Positions 19,274 to 28,966 of a stretch of 64,000 bases of DNA are shown in pieces (within the stretch, counting starts at the first letter, position 1; every line of letters begins with the position of its first letter). A program made the translations under genes and the position numbers. The notes under the pieces were generated by a model. That model ran no database searches. It was not told the DNA's origin and worked only from the letters and a program-made list of their open reading frames with translations. The DNA is from Arenicellales bacterium (GTDB lineage: Bacteria; Pseudomonadota; Gammaproteobacteria; Arenicellales; JAJDZL01), in the NCBI GenBank assembly GCA_965213865.1, contig OZ243928.1:2441003-2505002 (forward strand), read 5' to 3'.

Positions 19274-21310
19274 ATGGCAGCCACTGCGTTTTCTCCAATC
19301 CAGGTCACAGTGCCCAGCGTGCGGGTCCTGATTTGGCTGATGACGGTCGCGGGTGTAGGTTTGATATGGCTGGGTGGAGAATATTGGCCTTGGGCTCTCA
19401 AAGCGCCCAAAGAACTGTCCTGGAAGCTTGAGGCGCTCGGCACTTGCAGCAGTGTACGCAGCTGCGTGACTGGCTTTATGAAATGGCTGGTCGGTGATCA
19501 GGCGTATATATTTCCCTGGACTTTCAAAGATTTCACTCGCGCTGTGGCCGCCGCAATCGAAATTCCGTACGAACTTGCCAAGTCGCTGCTGATTACCGGC
19601 TTCAAGGTGCCGGTCGGCGGCGATCAGTACTGGGAAACACCCCCAGTCTCATGGCTGGGCCTCACTGCGGTGACAACCTGGCTTGCCTGGCGCATCAAAG
19701 ACTGGAAGCTTGGATTGATGGTGTTTGCCTGCGCCGGCTATGTCGCAGCATTCGGTCATTGGGAGAGTGCCGCCATTACCTTGGCATCTATTGCGGTGGC
19801 CGTTCCAATCGGTATTGCCTTGGGTATTGCGCTAGGCATATTGGGCTACCGATCCCATGCCTTCGAGCGCGCCATCACACCCGTTCTGGACTTGATGCAG
19901 ACCATGCCCATTTTCGCGTATTTGGTTCCAGTGCTTTTTCTATTTGGGTTTGGACCCGTCGCTGCGATCACTGCCACAGTGATCTATGCAATGCCGCCAA
20001 TGGTTCGCATTACCATTTTGTCACTTAAGACAGTACCGGATGAAATCAAGGAGTTCGGAAAGATGGCGGGCTGCACCCAGCGTCAAATGACCTGGCGAGT
20101 ATTGGTGCCTTCCGCAACCTCGGGACTGATGGTGGGTGTCAATCAAGTCATCATGCTGTCGCTGAATATGGTCATTATTGCATCGATGATTGGCGCAGGC
20201 GGACTTGGTTTTGATGTTCTGGCCTCGCTTCGAAGACAGGCTATCGGCGACGGTCTTGAAGCGGGAATCGCGATTACGCTCATGGCGATTGTTCTGGATC
20301 GCCTGTCGCAGGCCTGGGCGACTCGCGAGCAAAAAGACCATGCACCGGCGCCGCTGGGGCGGCAGAGTTTTATTCAGCGGCACCAGAACCTCGTCTTGGC
20401 CGCAGCTGTTTTGGGCATTACCACCGCAGTGGGTTTTGTAGCGCCGATTTTCGCGCAATGGCCAGCCAGTCTCGAAATCACAACTGGACAATTCTGGAAC
20501 GATCTGGTCAAGTGGATCAACATCAATTTCTTTGATGAGCTCGAGGCGATCAAGGTGTTTCTGCTGCTGAATGTACTGAAACCGGTGAAATTGTTCCTGC
20601 TCGCCTTGCCATGGCCCGGAGTCCTGCTGATGCTCGCTGTTGCCGGATACCAGCTTGGCGGGCTGCGGCTGGCTCTGCTGGTGGTTGCCCTGGCCTCTTT
20701 CATACTGATTGCCGGACAGTGGACTAAAGCCATGATCACCGTCTATCTATGCGGACTGTCGGTGATTGCTGCGGCAGTGATCGGTATTGCGATCGGCGTT
20801 ATTGCATCCGGCAATGCTGCGATTAAAAAAGCGACACTGATCTTTATTGACACGCTGCAGACGCTGCCGAGTTTCGTCTATTTGCTGCCGGTCGTGATGC
20901 TGTTCCGAGTCGGTGATTTTTCTGCCATGGTTGCAGTTGTGCTCTATGCCCTGCCCCCGGCGATCCGCTACACGATTTACGGTATCGAGCAAATATCGCC
21001 GGCGCTGATTGAAGCCGCGAAAACTTCGGGCTGCACCAAGTTTCAGGTCCTCACCAAAGTTCAGTTTCGCCTGGCCTGGCCAGAAATCATGCTCGGCGTC
21101 AATCAGACTGTCATGTTCGCACTCTCCATGCTGGTTATTACCGCACTGGTCGGCACACGTGACCTGGGGCAGGAAGTCTACATCGCTTTGACCAAAGCGG
21201 ACACCGGTCGCGGCATTGTCGCGGGCCTGTCAGTCGCCTTCATCGCCATCATCACGGATCGACTGATTTCCGCTGCCGCGCGCCGCAGAAAGCAAGCACT
21301 TGGACTTTAA
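19274..21310 (+). CDS. fused, duplicated ABC transporter permease (two ProW-like BPD-transport domains in one 678-aa protein)
   Basis: Two internally similar halves each carry the permease EAA-type region (...MAGCTQRQMTWRVLVPSA... and ...TSGCTKFQVLTKVQFRLAWPEI...) and many predicted TM segments. Confidence 0.85.
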   Translation: MAATAFSPIQVTVPSVRVLIWLMTVAGVGLIWLGGEYWPWALKAPKELSWKLEALGTCSSVRSCVTGFMKWLVGDQAYIFPWTFKDFTRAVAAAIEIPYELAKSLLITGFKVPVGGDQYWETPPVSWLGLTAVTTWLAWRIKDWKLGLMVFACAGYVAAFGHWESAAITLASIAVAVPIGIALGIALGILGYRSHAFERAITPVLDLMQTMPIFAYLVPVLFLFGFGPVAAITATVIYAMPPMVRITILSLKTVPDEIKEFGKMAGCTQRQMTWRVLVPSATSGLMVGVNQVIMLSLNMVIIASMIGAGGLGFDVLASLRRQAIGDGLEAGIAITLMAIVLDRLSQAWATREQKDHAPAPLGRQSFIQRHQNLVLAAAVLGITTAVGFVAPIFAQWPASLEITTGQFWNDLVKWININFFDELEAIKVFLLLNVLKPVKLFLLALPWPGVLLMLAVAGYQLGGLRLALLVVALASFILIAGQWTKAMITVYLCGLSVIAAAVIGIAIGVIASGNAAIKKATLIFIDTLQTLPSFVYLLPVVMLFRVGDFSAMVAVVLYALPPAIRYTIYGIEQISPALIEAAKTSGCTKFQVLTKVQFRLAWPEIMLGVNQTVMFALSMLVITALVGTRDLGQEVYIALTKADTGRGIVAGLSVAFIAIITDRLISAAARRRKQALGL

Positions 21311-21323
21311 CTGGAAAAATGCA

Positions 21324-23768
21324 ATGAAATTGCCACAGCACCGCAAAATCGTTATTGTCGGCGGCGGAATTATCGGATCATCCACCGCCTATCATCTAGC
21401 GCATATGGGCGAGACAGACTGTGTGGTCCTGGAACAGGGCCGACTGACCAATGGCTCCACTTGGCATGCGGCCGGCCTGGTCGGCCAGCTTCGCAGCAGT
21501 GCAAATGTAACGCAGCTGCTGAAATATTCCGTAGAGCTGTACGCGCAGCTTGAGGAGCAGACCGGCCAGGCAACAGGCTGGAAACAGAACGGCGGCTTGC
21601 GTCTAGCCAGTCATCATGAACGGGTTCGAGAAATCAAGCGGCAAGTGACGATGGCGCACTCATTTGGTTTGGACATGCATTTTCTCACTCCGCAAGAAGC
21701 TGTTGATCTGTGCCCAGTTCTCAATGGCGAGGATTTGCTCGGCGCCGCTTTTATTCCGACCGACGGACAGGCAAATCCATCTGATCTCAGCCAAGCGCTC
21801 GCCAAAGGCGCCCGGCTCAAAGGCGTTCAATTCATTGAGAACTGCGAGGTAACTGAGGTCCTCAAAGTCAATGACGCGATCACGGGACTCAATACCACGC
21901 TGGGACCCATTCAATGCGAGACGGTGATCAACTGCGCGGGAATGTGGTCACGCCGGTTCGGCGAGCTGGCTGGCGTGAGCGTTCCGATCGTGCCGATGAA
22001 GCATCATTACATTGTGACCGGCGCTCTAGACGGTGTCGATCAGGCAATGCCTACCATCCGCGACCCAGACAGTCTGATTTACTTCAAGGAAGAGGTCGGC
22101 GGACTGGTCTTTGGCGGCTATGAGCTGAATCCGCAGAAGTGGGCAATTGAGACGCCGCCGAACGATTTTTTCTTTACCTTGCTGGATTTTGACATTGATC
22201 ATTTTGGCAGCCTGATGGAGGCCGGCATTCATCGCATACCGTCGATGGCAGCTGTGGACATCAAACAGATGATTTGCGGTCCTGAATCATTTACGCCGGA
22301 TGGCAATTTTATGATTGGCAAGGTTCCTGACCTGGCAAACTATTTTGTCGCTACAGGATTTAATGCATTTGGCATTGCCAGCGCCGGCGGCGCCGGCAGG
22401 GCATTGGCGGAATGGGTTGTCAATGGTGCGCCGTCGATGGATCTCACCGGCGTGGACATAAGAAGATTCGGCAAAGTCCATCGCAGCAGCGACTGGATTG
22501 CACAAAGAACAATCGAGCTTTGTTCCAAGCATTACGCGATGGCTTGGCCGCATGAAGAGCATTCGAGCGCCCGGCCTGCATTCAAGTCGCCGCTTTATGA
22601 TCAATTGCGGCGGCTCAACGCCAGTTTTGGTGAGAAAATGGGCTGGGAGCGACCCAACTGGTATGCCCCTCCAGGCCAAAGCAACGAAGATTGTCCGTCT
22701 TTTGGCCGGCCCAACTGGTTTGAGCCGGTTGGCGAGGAGCATCGCGCAATTCGCGGGCGCGTCGGCATCATCGATCAGTCTTCATTTGCCAAGTTTGAGT
22801 TGACAGGCCAAGATGCATGCGCTGCCCTGGAGTGGCTCTGCGCAAATCAAATTGACCGCCCAGCGGGGGCGGTCATCTACACCCAAATGCTCAATCCTTC
22901 CGGCGGTATTGAATGCGACGTAACGATCGCCCGCATCGAGGCGGAAAAGTTCCTGATCGTCGCCGGCACAGCTTATGCATCCCATCACTTTCACCACATA
23001 AACAATCATATTCCGTCTCATTTAAGTCGATGCGCGCTGCGCGATGTAAGTTTTGAGTATGCGACCTTATCCCTCAGCGGTCCGAACAGCCGCAACTTGC
23101 TGAAGTCAGTCACCGACGCAGAGCTTGGCCGTGAGGCTTTCCGATTTTCCAGCTGCAAGAAAATCAGTATTCTTGGTCATTCTGCACTGGCGATTCGAGT
23201 CTCGTTTGCCGGTGAGCTAGGATGGGAACTGCACATTCCCATTCAGCAGGCATCAGCGGTATTTCGCGCCATCACTGATTGCGGTCCTCAGTTCGGACTG
23301 GCACACGTCGGTTACAGAGCCTTGGAATCCCTGCGTTTGGAAAAAGGATTCAGAGCTCTGGGCACGGATATTGGACCCGACTTTACGCCCCTCGAAGCCG
23401 GACTGGATAAAGTTGTCCGCGTCGACAGCGAGATGCCGTTTATCGGCCAAGACGCACTGCGGCAGCAAACAAAGCAGCCGTTGAGCAAATTTCTGTCGTG
23501 TTTCTCAACGACAGACAAAAGCATCACACTGCACGGTCGTGAAACCATTTACCGCAATGGAACGCGGGTTGGATGGACCACAAGTGCGGGCTGGGGCTAT
23601 ACCGTCAGTAAAAATATAGCGTACGGCTATGTAAGAAACGGAAACGGCGTAGACACCGAATACCTGCATGCAGGCGCATATGAGCTGGAAGTTGAGGAGA
23701 CGCGAGTTCCGGTCATATATGAGCCTGAGGCACTCTATGACCCGAAATCGCTGAAAATGCGCTCGTAA
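21324..23768 (+). CDS. dimethylglycine/sarcosine dehydrogenase-family protein (FAD DAO domain fused to a GcvT-type folate-binding aminomethyltransferase domain)
   Basis: N-terminal Rossmann motif KIVIVGGGIIGSSTAYHLA. The C-terminal half is GcvT-like (GYRALESLRLEKGF). The ATG at 21324 is preferred over TTG 21300, which overlaps the permease stop. Confidence 0.85.
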   Translation: MKLPQHRKIVIVGGGIIGSSTAYHLAHMGETDCVVLEQGRLTNGSTWHAAGLVGQLRSSANVTQLLKYSVELYAQLEEQTGQATGWKQNGGLRLASHHERVREIKRQVTMAHSFGLDMHFLTPQEAVDLCPVLNGEDLLGAAFIPTDGQANPSDLSQALAKGARLKGVQFIENCEVTEVLKVNDAITGLNTTLGPIQCETVINCAGMWSRRFGELAGVSVPIVPMKHHYIVTGALDGVDQAMPTIRDPDSLIYFKEEVGGLVFGGYELNPQKWAIETPPNDFFFTLLDFDIDHFGSLMEAGIHRIPSMAAVDIKQMICGPESFTPDGNFMIGKVPDLANYFVATGFNAFGIASAGGAGRALAEWVVNGAPSMDLTGVDIRRFGKVHRSSDWIAQRTIELCSKHYAMAWPHEEHSSARPAFKSPLYDQLRRLNASFGEKMGWERPNWYAPPGQSNEDCPSFGRPNWFEPVGEEHRAIRGRVGIIDQSSFAKFELTGQDACAALEWLCANQIDRPAGAVIYTQMLNPSGGIECDVTIARIEAEKFLIVAGTAYASHHFHHINNHIPSHLSRCALRDVSFEYATLSLSGPNSRNLLKSVTDAELGREAFRFSSCKKISILGHSALAIRVSFAGELGWELHIPIQQASAVFRAITDCGPQFGLAHVGYRALESLRLEKGFRALGTDIGPDFTPLEAGLDKVVRVDSEMPFIGQDALRQQTKQPLSKFLSCFSTTDKSITLHGRETIYRNGTRVGWTTSAGWGYTVSKNIAYGYVRNGNGVDTEYLHAGAYELEVEETRVPVIYEPEALYDPKSLKMRS

Positions 23769-23829
23769 ATCCTCTCGGTGCGGTGCAAGCGCAGCGCTAT
23801 CGTGAAGGATTGACCTGCCAGCGGCTCCA

Positions 23830-25359
23830 CTATTGAAACAAGCCGCTGTCGTGGTGTGCGTACTCTGGCAGAATATCCGGACGCGGATACAGCTCATCCA
23901 TTGGTACAGATCGGCCATTTTGCTGGACAATGCGCACATGGCTGCGGTTCATCAGCCGCGGGCGCACTACGCCGCAAGAGTGAGAAATGATTTGAACCTC
24001 GCGAACGATCTTGCGGGCATAGTTGAAAACCTTGACCGCCTTGTCTTCGGGATTCAGACCCTTTTGCAAACGCGGATTGTGCGTGGTAATCCCGGTCGGA
24101 CAGGTGTTCTTGTTGCACTTCAGCGACTGGATGCATCCAAGCGCAAACATAAATCCACGCGCCGAAGTCACAAAATCTGCGCCAGTCGCAATGGCCCAGG
24201 CGACTTCCGACGGTGTGACGAGTTTACCAGATGCGATAACACGAACACGCTCGCGCAATCCATACTTGTAGATGACATCTGAAACCAGCGGCAAGGATTC
24301 TTTGATCGGCAACCCCACGTTATCCATCAGAGGCATAGGCGCCGCACCAGTGCCGCCGTCGCCGCCATCGACTGTAATAAAGTCTGGAGCATGATCAATG
24401 CCGCGCTTATGAACCTCCTCGCAGAGCTCCTCCAGCCATGCAAAACTGCCGAACACTGACTTGAAACCGCAGGGCTTGCCAGAGACATCACGGATATATT
24501 CGATCATGTCAAGCAGTTCTTTAGTACTGTTGATTTCGGGGTGGCGGTTCGGTGAGATGGAGGCCTCGCCGACCGGGATGCCGCGAATGGCCGCGATTTC
24601 AGGTGTAACTTTGCGGCCCGGCAGGATTCCGCCTTTTCCAGGTTTCGCGCCTTGGCTGAGCTTCAGCTCGAACATTCGGACGTTTTCGTGCGCGGCAACT
24701 TCTTTGATTTTTTTGTGATCAATCGCGCCATCGGCATCACGAATGCCGTATTTTGCCGTCCCGATTTGGAAGACAACATCGCATTCGCCAGACAGATGAT
24801 GCGGTGAGAGTCCGCCCTCCCCAGTATTGTACCAGCACTCTGCCATGGCAGCGCCTTTTGAGAGTGCGAGTACCGCAGGTGTTGAGAGTGCGCCATAGCT
24901 CATGCCGGAAATATTGAAAAATGAAGCTGCGACAAATGGGTTCTCGGCATTCGGACCAATCAGCATCGGAACCATCTCAACTGCATCTTCAGTGAGCGTT
25001 GGGAACGGGAAGTTTACGAAAATCGCGGTGCCGACCGGTGCCAAGTTGCGCGTCGAGCCGAAGGCAACGGTATTGTCCTTGTCACTTGATGAGCGGCCAA
25101 TCCACTCTCGCTCAGCTCGGTTAAACGGCATCTCCTCGCGATCCATTGCGAAGAAATACTGACGAAAAAACTCACCGAGCAAAGTGAAAACGTACCTGAA
25201 TCTTCCAATAACAGGATAGTTCCGCCGGACGGCATCGCGTGTCTGATTGACATCAACGAAAAACAGAACGACTCCGGCAGCAGCCACAAGCCCGACACAA
25301 AAGATAAACAGCGCAGACAGGAATTGCAGACTGCCCGCTAGAATTTGATCAATAATCAT
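23830..25359 (-). CDS. FMN-binding glutamate synthase family protein (GltB domain-2-like) with an N-terminal membrane anchor
   Basis: 509 aa with an N-terminal hydrophobic helix and GltS FMN-domain motifs (GEGGLSPHH, KLSQGAKPGKGG, ITVDGGDGGTGAAP, ASGKLVTP). Confidence 0.85.
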   Translation of the reverse strand: MIIDQILAGSLQFLSALFIFCVGLVAAAGVVLFFVDVNQTRDAVRRNYPVIGRFRYVFTLLGEFFRQYFFAMDREEMPFNRAEREWIGRSSSDKDNTVAFGSTRNLAPVGTAIFVNFPFPTLTEDAVEMVPMLIGPNAENPFVAASFFNISGMSYGALSTPAVLALSKGAAMAECWYNTGEGGLSPHHLSGECDVVFQIGTAKYGIRDADGAIDHKKIKEVAAHENVRMFELKLSQGAKPGKGGILPGRKVTPEIAAIRGIPVGEASISPNRHPEINSTKELLDMIEYIRDVSGKPCGFKSVFGSFAWLEELCEEVHKRGIDHAPDFITVDGGDGGTGAAPMPLMDNVGLPIKESLPLVSDVIYKYGLRERVRVIASGKLVTPSEVAWAIATGADFVTSARGFMFALGCIQSLKCNKNTCPTGITTHNPRLQKGLNPEDKAVKVFNYARKIVREVQIISHSCGVVRPRLMNRSHVRIVQQNGRSVPMDELYPRPDILPEYAHHDSGLFQ

Positions 25360-25480
25360 GAAAAATCCTTGATTCGAATTTTGTTCAGATTATACGGGTG
25401 GCAGTCATTGATCAAAGAACAAAATGGAGCGAATCGCACAGGCGCCGTCCGCGGCGCACAATTCAAAAAGGAAAGAAAAT

Positions 25481-25556
25481 TGGCTCCCCGGGACGGGATC
25501 GAACCGCCGACAAGATGGTTAACAGCCACCTGCTCTACCTGCTGAGCTACCGGGGA
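25481..25556 (-). tRNA. tRNA-Asn (anticodon GTT), CCA encoded
   Basis: The reverse complement is TCCCCGGTAGCTCAGCAGGTAGAGCAGGTGGCTGTTAACCATCTTGTCGGCGGTTCGATCCCGTCCCGGGGAGCCA. It has acceptor TCCCCGG/CCGGGGA, anticodon loop CTGTTAA and T loop TTCGATC. Confidence 0.93.
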
Positions 25557-25754
25557 ATTTGGAAAATAGTCAATTCGCATTCACAGCGCGATCATAACAA
25601 CCGCCATGCAGGACTTTCTTGTTCCGTAAATTATACGAACTGCTGCGTTTCATTATGGACAAAAATGGCGCAGAAATATGCGTGAGAATCGTCAGCAGAT
25701 CAAGCGACTTCAAGGAACAGCTCCGTTCGATAAGACCGAAGTGATATAGGCGTC

Positions 25755-26942
25755 TCAAGCTCTCTGCACTGGCAATTCCGGCAGGCAGACGAATTTCAAG
25801 TGTGAATGCGCCTCACGCAGCGCCGCCTCCACCGTTTCTGGTGTTTTGCCCTGAGCAAAAATGAATCCAGGATACTTCCCTCCCTCTGGCCACTTGATGA
25901 TTCTCTCGCCTTCCCTGACATCAATTCGAATTTCTCGAATATGCTTGACAGCCTGCGCATTGGTCACACCCTCGATGCGGCGCAAGATACCGCTGTCGGC
26001 AGCTGGAATCATCAGTACGCCGGCGGCATCCTGAATCTGAATTGAATCAGTTTGCGTACCGCTGTGACGACGCAAGAGATATTCCTCCAAGCTTGTATCT
26101 GTTGCGATTTTGAACAGATGTCCGCAGTCCCCGCCGATAGAACGCGGAGCAGTCTCCAAAATCCAAATCTGCTTGCCTTCAACTCGAACCTCGGCGTGAA
26201 TCGGACCGGTTGCCAGTCCCAGCGCTGCACAGGCTTGCTGCAAGACTTGGGCGACAGCTGATTGCTGCTGCGCCTCTAAACGCGACGGAGTAATGTAGTA
26301 CGTTTCCTCAAAATAAGGTCCGACGAGCGGCTCAGGCTTGTCAAAAATGCAAATGCACTCCAGTTCACCATGATCAAGATAGCCTTCAAATGCATGTTCA
26401 GAGCCGTCAACATATTTTTCAACGATAATTTTCTGTGTTAAGCCGTCGTTAAACTCTGATGCCAGCAGATTCCTTATACGTTCAATCGCACTGCTCAGCT
26501 GATTCGCATTGTCGGCTCGAATGACACCTCTGCTGGCCGAGAGTGTCAGCGGTTTAGCGACGCAGGGGTATTCTAGCTCAGCCGAACTCCAGTCCGCACT
26601 CGCATCGGCGCTATCCACAAGTCGAAACGCGGGAATGGGCAGCCGTGCCTGCCTCAGTGTCTGTCTAGCAAGCGACTTGTCGGTTGCACAACGCATTGCT
26701 TCAGGACTGTTGTACTCCAGATTCAGTGCCTCACTGACTAAAGAGGCAATTTCAACGTACTTTTCGTCAGGCGCAACCACACAGCTAGGCCGATTATTTC
26801 GGACTTGGCGGCATATCTTTTCAGCCGCATCTGCTGGATTTGAAAAATCAACCTGGAATCCAGCCTGACTGACTGGCGATAGATTAGCCGGACTGTCACT
26901 AGCCCACAGGATTGGCAAATTCAGTTTTTGAGCAGCAGCCAC
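25755..26942 (-). CDS. ATP-grasp domain protein (carboxylate-amine ligase type). The 5' end is uncertain.
   Basis: 395 aa with ATP-grasp features (YPCVAKPLTLSASRGVIRADN, IIVEKYVDGSEHAFEG, HAEVRVEG..IWILETAPR). Conserved-looking residues QPVLLVAPHHSYRAAAY continue in frame upstream of the GTG. Confidence 0.75.
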   Translation of the reverse strand: MAAAQKLNLPILWASDSPANLSPVSQAGFQVDFSNPADAAEKICRQVRNNRPSCVVAPDEKYVEIASLVSEALNLEYNSPEAMRCATDKSLARQTLRQARLPIPAFRLVDSADASADWSSAELEYPCVAKPLTLSASRGVIRADNANQLSSAIERIRNLLASEFNDGLTQKIIVEKYVDGSEHAFEGYLDHGELECICIFDKPEPLVGPYFEETYYITPSRLEAQQQSAVAQVLQQACAALGLATGPIHAEVRVEGKQIWILETAPRSIGGDCGHLFKIATDTSLEEYLLRRHSGTQTDSIQIQDAAGVLMIPAADSGILRRIEGVTNAQAVKHIREIRIDVREGERIIKWPEGGKYPGFIFAQGKTPETVEAALREAHSHLKFVCLPELPVQRA

Positions 26943-27030
26943 ATAAGCAGCTGCCCGATAGCTATGGTGCGGAGCAACAAGCAGAACTGGCTGGGAAATG
27001 GATATCAGGGCTCGAAGCTATGCCAGTGTT

Positions 27031-27402
27031 TTAGGCAGCGGCGCCGCAACCCCCGCAAGCGCCGCTTCCACCGACCGATTGAAATACGTTATGAAAGACA
27101 AACGTTGCCTGAATGCCGTCATCAACATAATCAATTTCAGCGCCACTGAGAAATTGCAAGGCGACGACATCCGCATACAGTTTGAAGTTTTCGGCATTCA
27201 GAATGCGATCGTATTCTGATTCTGAATCAGCGTAGGTCATGCCATAGCTCATGCCGCCACAACCGCCGCCCGTGACATAGACACGGATGCCTTTAACGCT
27301 CTCGTCGGCATTTTGAATCAATTCGAACATTTTGCTGCGCGCTGCTTCAGTCACTTGAAGTTCAGAATCGGTGATTGCCGGGTTATAACTTTGGATTTGC
27401 AT
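27031..27402 (-). CDS. HesB/IscA/ErpA-family iron-sulfur cluster insertion protein
   Basis: 123 aa with VKGIRVYVTGGGCGGMSYGM and a C-terminal Cys pair (GSGACGGCG). Confidence 0.8.
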   Translation of the reverse strand: MQIQSYNPAITDSELQVTEAARSKMFELIQNADESVKGIRVYVTGGGCGGMSYGMTYADSESEYDRILNAENFKLYADVVALQFLSGAEIDYVDDGIQATFVFHNVFQSVGGSGACGGCGAAA

Positions 27403-27657
27403 TTTGTCGACTGCCTGATCAATAAGATCCGCTTGGTTTGAAGCCTATAATTATACGCGATCAATCAAATAAAATGAACAATCGCGCCTCCGTTTTCGAC
27501 CAGTGCGACCGTTCATGCACTGGTCCGTGACAGACTGATGAACCGACCTCAGTGAGCAGCACAGCGCTCTGGCAGTGAACTCTTGATGCCGCTGTTGCCG
27601 GCATGTTCACACAGTTTTTTTTTTCATCTGTTTTTCTTCTAGTTCCAAGGCGCCATC

Positions 27658-28437
27658 ATGCCAAAGTCAGAAACCTCATCTGCCAGTGACAAAACAGCTG
27701 CCAACATCCATGATGACTTCTTTCGCGATGTGTTCGAGACACCCGAGAACCTCATTGCCCTGCTGCGGGCAGGCTGCCCGCAAGCGCTGCTCGACATCAT
27801 CGAGCGGTCCACCCTGCATCCCGAGCCCGCGCGCATTGCTGCCGACCGGCTCCAGACCCGAACCGCCGATCTGGTGTATTCAGCCAAGCTTAGCGGCAGC
27901 GGCAGCTCCGCCCGCGTGGTGCTGCTGCTCGAGCACAAGAGCTTCCACAGCCGCGAGCTGGAGAGGCAGCTGGCCCGCAGCCAGTTCCTGTGGCACCTCC
28001 AGGACGACTTCAAGTCCCTGATCATCCCCGTTGCGGTGCGCCAGAATGCGGCCGACAGCCGCGCCTCGATCCGCTTCCGCGACCTGTTCGGCACGGTCTC
28101 GAAACCGCACCTCGAGGCGCTCATGGGCTATGCGCTGGATTTCAGGCGCCTGCTGCAGCTGGTGATCGGGTATATTTGCAGGTACAATAGGGATATTGAG
28201 CCGCAGGATGTGCTGAGTTTGGAGACGGCGACCGAGGAGGATCGAAAGAGGGTGATTTCAGCTGCAGATGCATTTCGCGTGGAAGGCCGTGTGGAGGGTC
28301 TGGAGAAAGTTGCGCTGAATTTGCTGCAGGCGGGCATGGAGTCGCAGAGAGTTGCGGCCTTGACTGAGCTCAGCCGGGAGCAGGTCAAGTCGCTGCGCAG
28401 CAAGATGAACAGCGCCGGCGGCCAGTCAGACGGATAA
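27658..28437 (+). CDS. Rpn-family recombination-promoting nuclease / putative transposase (YhgA-like PD-(D/E)XK), a short form
   Basis: N-terminal IHDDFFRDVFETPEN, then ADLVYSAKL....VVLLLEHKS. The C-terminal repeat region is RVEGRVEGLEKVALNLLQAGMESQRVAALTELSREQVKSL. The gene is visibly more GC-rich than its flanks. Confidence 0.8.
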   Translation: MPKSETSSASDKTAANIHDDFFRDVFETPENLIALLRAGCPQALLDIIERSTLHPEPARIAADRLQTRTADLVYSAKLSGSGSSARVVLLLEHKSFHSRELERQLARSQFLWHLQDDFKSLIIPVAVRQNAADSRASIRFRDLFGTVSKPHLEALMGYALDFRRLLQLVIGYICRYNRDIEPQDVLSLETATEEDRKRVISAADAFRVEGRVEGLEKVALNLLQAGMESQRVAALTELSREQVKSLRSKMNSAGGQSDG

Positions 28438-28652
28438 TGTTTCGAAGAGTTCTCAGCAAATGCACTGGTGCGGTGCGCACATGGGTGAAAATACCGTGAC
28501 CTGCGCAGCCGGCATGAGTATCGTACCGGCTGTCATGCGAGCAAGGTATGGATCTTCGCCTAATGATGCCGGTTACAGAAAAGATGACGTACGCCCATCA
28601 TAGCTCTGCAAGTGATTCAGAAAGCAAATTAACACTACCTTCGAGGCCATTG

Positions 28653-28934
28653 ATGACCAAAAAAGTTCACTGTGTAGTACTTAACGAAGAGTCAGAAGCT
28701 TTGGATGCCCCGCCCTATCCCGGCGAGCTCGGTCAGCGCATTGTCAACAATGTATCCAAAGAAGGCTGGAAACAGTGGCTTGAGCGTTTAGTGCCCATCA
28801 TTAACGAAAATCAAATGATGACTGGCGATGTCGATACGCAGAAATACATCGAGCAGCACATGTTGGGATTTTTATTCGGCGAAGGCGATCTTGGGCAATT
28901 GCCAGCAGGCTACACTGCTAATCGTAAAAAATAA
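28653..28934 (+). CDS. yggX: Fe(2+)-trafficking protein YggX
   Basis: Starting from the internal ATG gives MTKKVHCVVLNEESEALDAPPYPGELGQRIVNNVSKEGWKQW...INENQM. This resembles E. coli YggX (YPGELGKRIYNEISKEAW). The track's longer start at 28548 is rejected. Confidence 0.88.
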   Translation: MTKKVHCVVLNEESEALDAPPYPGELGQRIVNNVSKEGWKQWLERLVPIINENQMMTGDVDTQKYIEQHMLGFLFGEGDLGQLPAGYTANRKK

Positions 28935-28966
28935 ATAAATCAAAATCTTCGGCTGCTAACTTCATT

